The notes: a model not told the origin generated them from the letters alone. Positions 1-8,921 are shown, numbered from the stretch's first letter. The stretch: 64,000 nt of DNA from an uncultured Candidatus Saccharibacteria bacterium (GCA_964385105.1 CAYLMU010000002.1:186583-250582); one strand, 5' to 3'. Program-made: numbers and translations.

Positions 1-640
1 ATGCTGTTGGAGCTTGTGGAAGCCCTGCCAAAAACGTTGCTTCTCCCATAGATAGTTCATCTACTCTTTTATTAAAGTACTTTTTTGCAGCTGCTTGAAT
101 TCCCCACGCTCTGCCTCCATATGGAATATTATTCATATAGTGTTGCAAAATCTCGTCTTTTGTATATTTTTGTTCAACAATCATTGCAAGTACTATTTCT
201 TTAACTTTTCTGCTGTAGGTTTGCTCAGGGCTAAGCAGTACATTTTTAACTAATTGCATAGTTATAGTAGAACCGCCTTGAGTTTGACCGTCAATTAATG
301 TTTCTTTTGCTGCACGTGCCAAACTTGAAACTCTTATACCATTGTGTTCTCTAAATTTTGCATCTTCAATTGCCAAAGTAGCATTTATTACATAAGGGGG
401 TATATCTTCTAAAGGAACAGGTTCATACCATCTATCTTTTGGAACTTCGTATAGTAAATTGCCGTTTCTGTCATAAATAGTAATTGTTCGGTAAGAGTCA
501 GCAAGAGTTAAATCTGTAAATGCATTAACTGAAGGTAAATTACTAAACCAGGCAGTGAATGCCGATAAAATTATGAGTAATAATACTGAAATTATGGCTT
601 GACTTACTCTTGTATCGTTATGAATTCTGTATATATCCAT
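1..640 (-). CDS. Class A penicillin-binding protein (PBP1), N-terminal transglycosylase (GT51) part; gene continues beyond window start
   Basis: Reverse-strand translation from ATG (complement of cat at 638-640) gives MDIYRIHND...signal/TM anchor...EDAKFREHNGI...GGSTITMQLVKN...RKVKE, the canonical GT51 transglycosylase motifs. There is no stop before position 1. It is absent from the ORF track only because it is open-ended. Confidence 0.7.
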   Translation of the reverse strand, partial: MDIYRIHNDTRVSQAIISVLLLIILSAFTAWFSNLPSVNAFTDLTLADSYRTITIYDRNGNLLYEVPKDRWYEPVPLEDIPPYVINATLAIEDAKFREHNGIRVSSLARAAKETLIDGQTQGGSTITMQLVKNVLLSPEQTYSRKVKEIVLAMIVEQKYTKDEILQHYMNNIPYGGRAWGIQAAAKKYFNKRVDELSMGEATFLAGLPQAPTA

Positions 641-716
641 CTTACGCTTATTATTGTTTATTTGTATGTGAATGAATATAAGAATATGTAAAGCTTTTGT
701 TAGATATATAGGTTAT

Positions 717-1583
717 TTAAAAAGTCCATTGTTCAAGAACCTCAATCATGTCTATACCGTTTTTTGTAAGCGCGTCCTTCCAAACATCGCCACGTTCTTT
801 TAATCTCAACGGTACTGATTTAAGTGTAAAGTTTCTTGGATTAAGGTTATTATCAACTTCATCCCAAGTTATGGGAGTTGAAACTGTTGCAGTTGGAGTC
901 GCATTAAGTGTATAAGGAGCTGTTACAGATCCTCCAAGTACATTGTTTTTAAAATTAATTAAAACCTTTCCGTTATTATCCTCAAATACGTTACTTAACG
1001 TAGTTATACTCGGAATCCGTTTATGAATTTCAATAGAAATTAATTTTGCAAAACTATATGCCTGTTTATATGTATATAGGTTTCCTAAAGGAATGTATAT
1101 GTGTAATTCATCCTCGCTTGATGTTTTGATGCTTGGTTTAACTTCGAGTTTATTTAATAAATCGTTTATTGCAAGAGCTACTGCTATCACCTTTTCAAAA
1201 TTTGTGTTAATGGGTTTAAGCTCAATAACAGCATAATCGGGCCGTTGTGTGTTAGTTAACCGTGAATGCCATGTATGAAATTCAATTGTTGCTTTATTCG
1301 CCAAATAGGTTAGTGTACTTTTGTTTTGACAGATTATGTTAACTGTGTTGAAAAAGTAGTTTGTTACATAATTATAAGTTGTTGCAAATTTGGGTATGGC
1401 TTCAAAGTTTTCTTGAAAAAACCCTTTATTATGTACTCCTTCAGGAAACCTTCGAACCATTAATGGTCTATCGTAAAGATAAGGAAGAAGCACTTTTGAA
1501 ATCTGTTCATAATAATTTAATACATCGTTCTTAGTGTATTGAGGCTCGGGAAAGTATATTTTATCAATATTGGTTAAATACAC
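717..1583 (-). CDS. LigD-type polymerase domain (PolDom, archaeo-eukaryotic primase-polymerase), stand-alone
   Basis: The 288-aa ORF carries the PolDom signature GKVLINFKNNVLGGSVTAPYTLNATPTATVSTPITWDEV (cf. LigD GKVLIDYLQN..TAVAPYS.R....PVSTPL.WDEL), and its N-terminus (YFPE...TKNDVLNYY) matches LigD_Pol. Confidence 0.75.
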   Translation of the reverse strand: MYLTNIDKIYFPEPQYTKNDVLNYYEQISKVLLPYLYDRPLMVRRFPEGVHNKGFFQENFEAIPKFATTYNYVTNYFFNTVNIICQNKSTLTYLANKATIEFHTWHSRLTNTQRPDYAVIELKPINTNFEKVIAVALAINDLLNKLEVKPSIKTSSEDELHIYIPLGNLYTYKQAYSFAKLISIEIHKRIPSITTLSNVFEDNNGKVLINFKNNVLGGSVTAPYTLNATPTATVSTPITWDEVDNNLNPRNFTLKSVPLRLKERGDVWKDALTKNGIDMIEVLEQWTF

Positions 1584-1633
1584 ATTATATTTCTCCTTAT
1601 TATGTAGTATGCGTTTGTAATATAAAATAAGAT

Positions 1634-3013
1634 TTAATTTCTTGTTAGAGGTGAGTAAGAAGATTTTTTTATAATCTTAATGTTTTTTGCGTTTTTTTGA
1701 TTATTTAAATATGCATATATTATTTTATATGTGTCCAAGTCAAAATTATGATCTTTTAACCCCCAGTTTTCAATGGTAAAAGTATCAACTAAGCTATTCT
1801 CTTCATTTGATTCTATAATTTCAATAAAACCTTCAAATGGCCAGTTTTTTACTTTATTGCCTGATAATGCGGTATAAAGCCTAATATTATATTTCAACGG
1901 ATTTTCATTTTTTATACATGCACCGGAACAAATATTCAGTTTGTGCGAAAAACATGATCCCGACGTTTTTTCTAGCCCCAGTAATTTATCACAAAGATTA
2001 TATTCCTTTAAGATTGCCTGAAGAAATTGCTTTGCACTTTTTTTTCCGGTAAATATGCCATATGAATCTTTTATATTTTCGTATGTACATTCGTAACTAT
2101 CGACAATTTTAACCTCTTCATACCCGTCTTCATTTTTTTCTAAATTAAGCAGTACAAGATTGTGGTTTCGACGCAATTTTTTATTATATAAAGGTTGTAA
2201 TTGTTTAATTAATTCGGCTTCTTTAATCAATGCACCAAACTCACCTGCTGTATTAATAATTTCCAATCGATTTATTTGTTGAGCTATTTTTAAATCTTTT
2301 CCGTAAATATGATCGCCTGAAAAATGCGAAAGTACCCTTCTTTTTAAATTTATACTTTTGCCAATGTATATAGGCAAGTTGTTTTGTCCGTAAAATATAT
2401 ATACCCCGGGCGTCTCAGGAAGCTCATCCAGCACACTTTGCGGTATATTCAACGGAACAGAAGGTTTCTGCATATTTGAGTTAATGGCGCTTAGAACTTT
2501 TTCATGTGAAAAGTCTGTTTTTACTCTTTCAAAGAATTCCCAAATTACGGTTGCATCATCTAAAGCTCTGTGCCTATTTTTTACTTGAAAGTTAAACCTA
2601 TCTATAATTGCATCCAGATTGTGTTTTCTAAAGTTGGGAAATAGCTTTCTTGATAATTTTACTGTGCAGATTTGCGTTGCATTAAACTTTACTTCCTGAA
2701 GCCCAAACTCTTTTTTCAAAAATGCATAATCAAAGCGTACATTGTGTGCCACAAAAACACTATCATTTAAAAGTTCAAAAATTTCGTCTTTAAGGTCATA
2801 AAATGTCGGGGCTAATTCAAGCTCTCGTTCATCAATACCTGTAAAATCTAATATTTCTTTAGGAACATGGTCTTGCGGGTTTATGAGTGAATTAAAGACG
2901 TCAGTCACTTTTTCGTTTTCTACTCTTATTATTGCAACTTCAATAATTCTGCTTTTTGAAAGACTTCCCCCGGTAGTTTCGATGTCTACAAAAGATAGTT
3001 TATTTGGCAGCAT
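1634..3013 (-). CDS. DnaQ-like 3'-5' exonuclease fused to a GIY-YIG (Cho/UvrC N-terminal-like) nuclease domain
   Basis: Exo I motif FVDIETTG, Exo II HNVRFDYAFL and Exo III HRALDDA, followed by GIY-YIG (GVYIFYG...IYIGKSINLKRRVLSHF) and a Cys-rich UvrC-like segment. The ORF-track start at 3082 lies inside a terminator hairpin, so the start was moved to the in-frame ATG at 3013 (MLPNKLSFVDIETTG). Confidence 0.7.
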   Translation of the reverse strand: MLPNKLSFVDIETTGGSLSKSRIIEVAIIRVENEKVTDVFNSLINPQDHVPKEILDFTGIDERELELAPTFYDLKDEIFELLNDSVFVAHNVRFDYAFLKKEFGLQEVKFNATQICTVKLSRKLFPNFRKHNLDAIIDRFNFQVKNRHRALDDATVIWEFFERVKTDFSHEKVLSAINSNMQKPSVPLNIPQSVLDELPETPGVYIFYGQNNLPIYIGKSINLKRRVLSHFSGDHIYGKDLKIAQQINRLEIINTAGEFGALIKEAELIKQLQPLYNKKLRRNHNLVLLNLEKNEDGYEEVKIVDSYECTYENIKDSYGIFTGKKSAKQFLQAILKEYNLCDKLLGLEKTSGSCFSHKLNICSGACIKNENPLKYNIRLYTALSGNKVKNWPFEGFIEIIESNEENSLVDTFTIENWGLKDHNFDLDTYKIIYAYLNNQKNAKNIKIIKKSSYSPLTRN

Positions 3014-3052
3014 ATATTTGTGAATCGTAGCAAATCTTCGGGTTTTATTCAA

Positions 3053-3080
3053 CTTTTGAAAAGGGCGGCTTGCGCCGCCC
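3053..3080 (-). terminator. Intrinsic terminator hairpin after the acidic small-protein gene (minus-strand sense: GGGCGGC-GCAA-GCCGCCC then CTTTTC)
   Basis: A perfect 7-bp GC stem (plus strand 3063-3069 gggcggc, 3074-3080 gccgccc) in a ~30% GC genome, followed on the minus strand by a T-run. It sits 9 nt after the stop of the 3089..3292 gene. Confidence 0.6.
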
Positions 3081-3088
3081 ATAATTAC

Positions 3089-3292
3089 CTATTCCCAATC
3101 ATCATCACCGTCTTCATCATCAAAATCAAAATCGTTATCATCGTCTTCATCGCCAACACCTGGTAGACCATTTTCGTCCATATCGTTTGTTTCCATTTCA
3201 CGTTTTTTTCTCTTTTCTTCTTCATCCTCATCTAGCATGTCATCCATATCCATATCTGTTGTCATGTCATCAGTAGTATCAAAGTCTGCCAT
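3089..3292 (-). CDS. Hyper-acidic 67-aa protein (Asp/Glu-rich, C-terminal DFDFDDEDGDDDWE)
   Basis: ORF preceded by a perfect Shine-Dalgarno AAGGAGGTG (complement of 3300-3308) 7 nt upstream of ATG. A candidate TTGATT-N17-TATGCT promoter lies upstream and an intrinsic terminator follows. Composition is about 60% D/E. Confidence 0.65.
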   Translation of the reverse strand: MADFDTTDDMTTDMDMDDMLDEDEEEKRKKREMETNDMDENGLPGVGDEDDDNDFDFDDEDGDDDWE

Positions 3293-3299
3293 GTTAAAT

Positions 3300-3349
3300 C
3301 ACCTCCTTCAATATTACCTAGCATAAGTTGAACTTAATAATAAATCAAT
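3300..3349 (-). promoter_or_regulatory. Shine-Dalgarno (3300-3308) plus candidate sigma70-like promoter (-35 TTGATT at 3344-3349, -10 TATGCT at 3321-3326) for the acidic small-protein gene
   Basis: Read directly from the sequence; spacer is 17 nt. Confidence 0.45.
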
Positions 3350-3387
3350 ACATTTACAATGTATAAATTACTTTATAAAATTAAACT

Positions 3388-4098
3388 ATGCAAACAACTA
3401 ATTTAAAAAAATTTATACTTCCTGTTTTGGTAGTTTTATTCTTCACATTATTTTACTTAGCTGTAGGAAGAAAGTCTTATATAACAGTAACGGGTACATA
3501 TAGCTCACAAGAATCAAATCAACAGGCATCTTTTGGTGCCTATTTAGAATCTAAAAACGCCGATAAACAGGTAGCGGTTGATAATCTTAGTGAACGAACA
3601 GAAGCTGTAATGACTGCATTGCGTGATTTTGGAATTCCACAAGGTGATTTAATGACAACAACTGTAAATGTATATCAGGAGCAATTATATAATCCTGACA
3701 CAAGTAGATCAGATTTAGGTGATTGGATTGCTTCAACCAACATCGAGGTAAAATTAGCTGAAGGTGACAGAGCTCAAGAATTAATCAGTTTATTAACTTC
3801 ACTTGATATAAATAACTACTATGGACCCAACTATACATACAGTAATGAAAATGTGGATCAAAGTGCCCTTTTAACCGGAGCTTATGAGAATGCAGTTGAA
3901 AAAGCACAGTCTATGGCACAACTAAGAGGTATGAGACTGGGTAGAATGGTAAGCTTTGTAGAAGGTTACTCACCCGACAGCCCTATAATTTACGGCAGAA
4001 TGGATGGTCTTGGTGGTGGCGGCGGAGTACCCGTTGAACCGGGAACATCAGAGATCTCAAAAACTGTCACCGTTACATTTGAATTGAGTAAATTTTAA
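3388..4098 (+). CDS. SIMPL-domain (DUF541/BP26-like) secreted protein
   Basis: N-terminal signal/TM, length ~236 aa, and a C-terminal pattern (AVEKAQSMAQLRGMRLGRMVSFVEG) typical of SIMPL proteins. Confidence 0.55.
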   Translation: MQTTNLKKFILPVLVVLFFTLFYLAVGRKSYITVTGTYSSQESNQQASFGAYLESKNADKQVAVDNLSERTEAVMTALRDFGIPQGDLMTTTVNVYQEQLYNPDTSRSDLGDWIASTNIEVKLAEGDRAQELISLLTSLDINNYYGPNYTYSNENVDQSALLTGAYENAVEKAQSMAQLRGMRLGRMVSFVEGYSPDSPIIYGRMDGLGGGGGVPVEPGTSEISKTVTVTFELSKF

Positions 4099-4835
4099 TA
4101 CTTGCGGTAAATAAAGTAAGTATTCAAGTTATTTTCTCTTCCGTCGTTTATAAATGAGGCTTCAAGCCTCGTTTTGTTTTTTTCAAGCAAGTTGTTTATA
4201 TCTTTAATTTCATCAGGTGAGAATTGATGTACATATCTTAAATTTTCATAATTTCCATTCCACCCCAAGAATATGTCTCCATTTTCAAGTTCAGACATGT
4301 TAATTCCTATTTTTTTAGCTACTGTACTAGCATTTGCGGGAATAAAGCGGTAATTATCTGTATTCCATAATGTAAATACAAAAAGGCCACTTTCGTCTAT
4401 TATGGGCAGAACTTGTTCAAACCACTTCAATCTAAAATTATATGAAGGAATGTGATGTATAAGACCAAAAGCACAAATTACATTGTAGACGTCGTTAATC
4501 TTATTAATCTCATTAATTACATCCATATTAAAAAAATGTGCATCTACTTTTTCGTTTAAATCATTATGTGCAATTTTGAGTAATTTTTCATTAGTATCGA
4601 CACCAATATACTTAAATGGGTCATTTAGTGAGTTTTGCAAAAACTTTAAAAACCTGCCATTACCACATCCCAAATCAAGAATTTTAATATTTTTATTTTC
4701 AAGTTTCATAATTTCATCAACAACTCTTCCCCACCCTTTCCACGCATATTGCCGTGATACAGAAAATTCATCTGCAATATTGTTATAAAACTGCTTATTC
4801 AAATCTATTAATTTTTGCATAATTTGCTTATCCAT
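4095..4835 (-). CDS. Class I SAM-dependent methyltransferase
   Basis: Motif I ILDLGCGNGRF; Rossmann methyltransferase layout. Confidence 0.6.
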   Translation of the reverse strand: MDKQIMQKLIDLNKQFYNNIADEFSVSRQYAWKGWGRVVDEIMKLENKNIKILDLGCGNGRFLKFLQNSLNDPFKYIGVDTNEKLLKIAHNDLNEKVDAHFFNMDVINEINKINDVYNVICAFGLIHHIPSYNFRLKWFEQVLPIIDESGLFVFTLWNTDNYRFIPANASTVAKKIGINMSELENGDIFLGWNGNYENLRYVHQFSPDEIKDINNLLEKNKTRLEASFINDGRENNLNTYFIYRKY

Positions 4836-4870
4836 TTGCGTTCATTATAATTCACACAGAAAGAAGTTAC

Positions 4871-6643
4871 ATGTCAGAATATAAAATTGATGTACAGCAA
4901 AATAAAAGTAGTCTTGAAAGACTTATTTTTGAGGTTTCAAACTTAAGTAACCCAACAAACAATGAGCTATACAAGCTTTTCAAGAAAAATACTAGCAGTG
5001 ATGGCGATATGTTTTCAAAAAGTGATGTTATTATTGCCTACCGTAAGTTAAAAAGAAAAAAGCTATTTGAATTAACCGGCGACAAAGAAAAAAACTTTTA
5101 TAAAAACATTAAAATGAAGAAAATTCGTACTATGTCGGGGGTTACTCCTGTTACCGTTCTCACAAAGCCTTTTCCTTGCCCGGGCAAATGTATATTCTGC
5201 CCAAATGATGTAAGAATGCCAAAAAGTTACCTTTCTGATGAGCCCGGGGCGCAACGGGCTGAATCAAACAAATTTGACCCATATTTGCAAACGTTTAACA
5301 GGCTTGTTGCTTTTAGAAACACAGGCCACCCAACAGATAAAGTTGAGTTGTTAATTTTAGGAGGAACTTGGTCGTCGTATCCTGAAAGTTATCAAATTTG
5401 GTTTGTTAAACGTTGCTTTGATGCGATGCATGATTTTAGCCAGTCTGATACATCCGAAATGCTAGACCCAAAAACTGTAGAATACCCTTTTGAAGAAAAC
5501 AAGCTTTCAGAAATAAACGGTGAAAATATGCAATTGACTTACAATCAGGTAATTGCAAAAGCAACATTACAATTAAGAAAAAATCATGAAGAGTCGGCAA
5601 CATGGGAAGAACTATTTAAGGTTCACAAACAAAATGAAACCTCACCAACACGATGCGTGGGCTTGGTTATAGAAACAAGACCTGATGAAATTAATGAAAA
5701 AGAAGTTATTAGAATAAGAAAACTTGGAGCCACAAAAGTGCAAATAGGAATCCAAAGTTTAAACGATAAGGTTTTAAGCTTAAACAAACGCGGTCATGAC
5801 GTTAATCAAACAAAGCGAGCAATGTATTTATTGCGGTGTGCTGGTTTTAAAATTTTGGCTCATTGGATGCCCAATCTATACGGCTCAACTCCTGAAAATG
5901 ACATTAAAGACTTTAAAAAGCTTTTTTCAGATATTGCAATTAGACCTGATGAATTAAAAATTTATCCATGTTCATTAGTTAAAAGTGCTGAATTAATGAG
6001 ATATTATAATGATGGTTTATGGCAGCCGTACACAGAAGAGGAGCTATTACACGTGGCCGTAAACATTATGCCCGAAACACCCAGATATTGCAGACTTACC
6101 CGTGTAATAAGAGATATTCCGTCAATCGATATAGTTACCGGAAACAAAAAAACCAATTTTAGACAAATTGCCGAACAGGAAATAGCAAAAAAAGACAAAA
6201 AATTAAAAGACATTCGTTCAAGAGAAATAAAAACAAAAACCGCAGAAATTGAACAACTAGAACTAAAAATAACAAAATACAAAACAGCGGGAAGTGAAGA
6301 GTATTTTATAGAGTACATAACAAAAAATGACTTAATTGCTGGTTTCTTGAGATTATCAATTCCAAATACAGATGGTTTAAAAGCACAATTTATGCCTGAA
6401 CTTGAAGATATGCCAATAATTAGAGAAATTCATGTTTACGGGCAAAGTGTTGAAATTGGAAAAAACGATTCTTTAAATGTTCAGCATAAGGGATTAGGTA
6501 AAAATCTCATAAATGAAGCCAAAAAAATAAGTAAGCAGATGGGTTATTCTAAAATTGCAGTAATTTCATCAGTTGGAACGCGTGAATATTACAAAAAAAG
6601 TGGGTTTACGATGAAAGGTCTTTATCAGGTTTCAAATCTTTGA
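4871..6643 (+). CDS. elp3: Elp3-family radical SAM / GNAT acetyltransferase (tRNA wobble-uridine modifying enzyme homolog)
   Basis: Radical SAM CxxxCxxC (CPGKCIFCP) with the Elp3-specific flank GVTPVTVLTKPFPCPG and the YLSDEPGAQRAE motif. A C-terminal GNAT region (HVYGQSVEIG...HKGLGKNLI) is present; 590 aa. Confidence 0.8.
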   Translation: MSEYKIDVQQNKSSLERLIFEVSNLSNPTNNELYKLFKKNTSSDGDMFSKSDVIIAYRKLKRKKLFELTGDKEKNFYKNIKMKKIRTMSGVTPVTVLTKPFPCPGKCIFCPNDVRMPKSYLSDEPGAQRAESNKFDPYLQTFNRLVAFRNTGHPTDKVELLILGGTWSSYPESYQIWFVKRCFDAMHDFSQSDTSEMLDPKTVEYPFEENKLSEINGENMQLTYNQVIAKATLQLRKNHEESATWEELFKVHKQNETSPTRCVGLVIETRPDEINEKEVIRIRKLGATKVQIGIQSLNDKVLSLNKRGHDVNQTKRAMYLLRCAGFKILAHWMPNLYGSTPENDIKDFKKLFSDIAIRPDELKIYPCSLVKSAELMRYYNDGLWQPYTEEELLHVAVNIMPETPRYCRLTRVIRDIPSIDIVTGNKKTNFRQIAEQEIAKKDKKLKDIRSREIKTKTAEIEQLELKITKYKTAGSEEYFIEYITKNDLIAGFLRLSIPNTDGLKAQFMPELEDMPIIREIHVYGQSVEIGKNDSLNVQHKGLGKNLINEAKKISKQMGYSKIAVISSVGTREYYKKSGFTMKGLYQVSNL

Positions 6644-7541
6644 CTTTGAATAAAGGTTTTTATTATTTGCTTTATGTTTGATGCAATGTATTCAAGTCTG
6701 TTACGTTCTTTGCAATATTCCATCAACATTTCAAAATCTTCGTCACTGAGTTGAGCAGAATCCGATGAAACCGGGTTCATTATTGAGTCTTTAACCTCTA
6801 AGTGTGACAACCCGATAACATGGCCAAACTCATGCGCTGCAGTGTGTATAAATCGATTGTGGTTCTCATAAAAGAAAACATCGATTTTGTTGTTTAACGG
6901 GTCATAAATCCCTTCTTCGGGTTTTTGGGTTAATAAGTAATTAAAATTATTAACATTGTCATTTAAAGTATCAATTTTATTTCTTAATCCGTCTGATTTG
7001 GCATTAAGCTCTGCTGCTTCACGATTTATAGCGTCAATTTCATTCTCAATTTCTTCTCTTCGTTTTTTTATTTTTTCATATTCTTCAGGAGGTGCTCCGC
7101 CCTGCTTATTCCATGATTGAATTTCATCATTTAACTTTTCGATTTCTTTGTTTAAAGCATTTTTTCTGACATTAAAATCTTGAGCTTTACGTGATAATTC
7201 ATCGGATTCTTCTGAAACCTGAAAATTTATATCTTTATTGTGCTTAATGATGTTTGTCTGCCGTCGTAAACCAGATTTACCTTTAATTCTGCATCGGGAC
7301 TATATACAAACAAATCTTTATCCAGTGCATCATTCCAAAGTGCCGCTGCAATTTTAGTGTTTTGTTCAACTTCGCTTTTTGTGATGCCAAATTCTTTGTC
7401 AATTGTACCTATGCTGTAGTAAATAGGTTTCTCACAAAACGAAAATTCAACAAATGAATTGAGCAGGTTTTTTGTTGACGAATTTAAATATAATAAAGTG
7501 CCGACAAGTATTAGTATTAATAATGTGAGTAACCTTTTCAT
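6625..7541 (-). pseudogene. Metzincin-type zinc metalloprotease (matrixin-like HEFGHVIGLSH + Met-turn SIMNP) with signal peptide and a ~110-aa coiled-coil insert; interrupted by a frameshift near 7240-7290
   Basis: The N-terminal ORF 7227..7541 (signal peptide MKRLLTLLILILVG...) ends at a stop. A second frame is open without any ATG/GTG/TTG from ~7300 down to 6625. It encodes a heptad-rich segment, then VFFYENHNRFIHTAAHEFGHVIGLSHLEVKDSIMNP (HExxHxxGxxH plus Met-turn). The two frames overlap at gacggcagacaaaca (homopolymer-adjacent). Confidence 0.5.
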
Positions 7542-7568
7542 AACAATCGTTATTATATCAAGTAATAG

Positions 7569-8309
7569 CTAATGTTCCAGAAGTTCAGTTGCAAGTATTA
7601 AACCGATTCCAATCATAAAAATTAAAAATGAGAGCCATGAGCGTTTTTGGTTTCGTTCCTGCCTTATTTCTGGAAGCAAATCTGCCGTTGCAATATAAAT
7701 AAATCCTCCGGCGGCAAAGGCTAGAAAATAAGGTATTAAAAACACATTTGCTGTTGACCAGAAAAATCCCACAACACCGCCAATAACCGCAGGGATTGTT
7801 ACAAGTAAATTGGCAAATAAAGCTTTTTTCTTTGAAAAACCGGAATGAAGCATGACACCAAAATCCCCTATTTCTTGCGGTATTTCATGCAAAGCAACCG
7901 CAATACTGGTTGAAATCCCTAATGGAATGCTAGTCAAAAACGCTGCAGCTATAATCAAACCATCCAAAAAATTATGAACTGAATCACCAACTAAATTCAT
8001 TTGGCCGTGCATTGCTTCTTCACAATCACCTCTATGGCAATGGTGCCACATCAAAAGCTTTTCAATTAAAAAAAACACAATAAACGATAACAAAACAATC
8101 TTAAGCAACTCATCAATGTAAAAGTAATTTGAAGCTTCGGGAATTAAATAAAAAAACGCACTACCCATTAACGTGCCAGCCGACAATGAGACTATATAAA
8201 TTAAAAATTCATTTAACCTTTTTGTACCAAGGGATAAAGTTATAAGACCGGCAAGAGAACCAAGACTGATTAGCGTTGTACTAAAGAGAATGTAGAAGAG
8301 TGTGGACAT
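7569..8309 (-). CDS. ZIP-family metal (zinc) transporter
   Basis: Multi-TM protein with histidine-rich loop HHCHRGDCEEAMHGQ and ZIP signature HNFLDG...HEIPQEIGDF. Confidence 0.75.
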   Translation of the reverse strand: MSTLFYILFSTTLISLGSLAGLITLSLGTKRLNEFLIYIVSLSAGTLMGSAFFYLIPEASNYFYIDELLKIVLLSFIVFFLIEKLLMWHHCHRGDCEEAMHGQMNLVGDSVHNFLDGLIIAAAFLTSIPLGISTSIAVALHEIPQEIGDFGVMLHSGFSKKKALFANLLVTIPAVIGGVVGFFWSTANVFLIPYFLAFAAGGFIYIATADLLPEIRQERNQKRSWLSFLIFMIGIGLILATELLEH

Positions 8310-8341
8310 TGTTTAAGTATAATGTAGGTGTGTAGTTATTT

Positions 8342-8869
8342 CTAGGTTTGTATGTTTGCTTTACGTTTGTAGTTTTCTAAAATATTCGTAGTTGATTCTA
8401 TCCCTGAATATGGCAGCTCCCTTATTATCACCTCATCTTTGTCAATATAATTGTTAATTATTTTTATTAAAGGTGAATCTTTTACAAGGCAAATTACATT
8501 TGGTTTCAGTAAATCAATGAAATCAATTGTTATATCGTTTGGCTGAATTAGTCTTTCTATTTTGAACACATAATTTACAATATTTGTATTTAGAAGAAGA
8601 AAAGCTCTATGATTAAAATTACATAAGGGTCTTGTATTGTCTTTTAGTTCTCTTACAGCAGTATCGCTTAATAAACCAACAATTAAAATAGAATCGGTAT
8701 CTTTACAATTTTCAAGGAATATTAAATGTCCCGGATGAAGAACATCAAAGACTCCGATAGTTAACACTATTTTTTTATTTAAAGAATTAATTTGTGAGGT
8801 TACAAATTCTAGTGTCGTATTTTTATTGGTTAATTCCCATTGATGCCTTAGTGTTGCCTTTGATTCCAT
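8342..8869 (-). CDS. Cytidylyltransferase-like nucleotidyltransferase (HxGH family; RfaE domain II / TagD-like)
   Basis: GVFDVLHPGHLIFLENCK matches the (T/H)xGH nucleotidyltransferase motif; size 175 aa. Confidence 0.5.
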   Translation of the reverse strand: MESKATLRHQWELTNKNTTLEFVTSQINSLNKKIVLTIGVFDVLHPGHLIFLENCKDTDSILIVGLLSDTAVRELKDNTRPLCNFNHRAFLLLNTNIVNYVFKIERLIQPNDITIDFIDLLKPNVICLVKDSPLIKIINNYIDKDEVIIRELPYSGIESTTNILENYKRKANIQT

Positions 8870-8921
8870 AAGTAAATATTACTATATTTTTTAACCATTA
8901 TATCAGCTTATGAAAGACCCT

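Noticed and set aside
3014-3082. ORF-track N-terminal extension of the DnaQ/GIY-YIG gene to 3082
   Set aside because: Codons 2-7 (GGASRP) are simply the GC hairpin GGGCGGC-TTGC-GCCGCCC read as protein. The conserved exonuclease N-terminus starts at the Met at 3013.
4576-4788. Numerous 60-160-aa ORFs antisense to or embedded in larger genes (e.g. 4576..4788, 5072..5254, 6004..6318, 9231..9708, 14278..14757, 15314..15709, 27881..28150, 29024..29707, 32255..32608, 40413..40748, 57297..57968)
   Set aside because: They lie wholly inside strongly supported genes with recognisable motifs on the other strand or frame, and have low-complexity or hydrophobic nonsense translations typical of AT-rich shadow ORFs.
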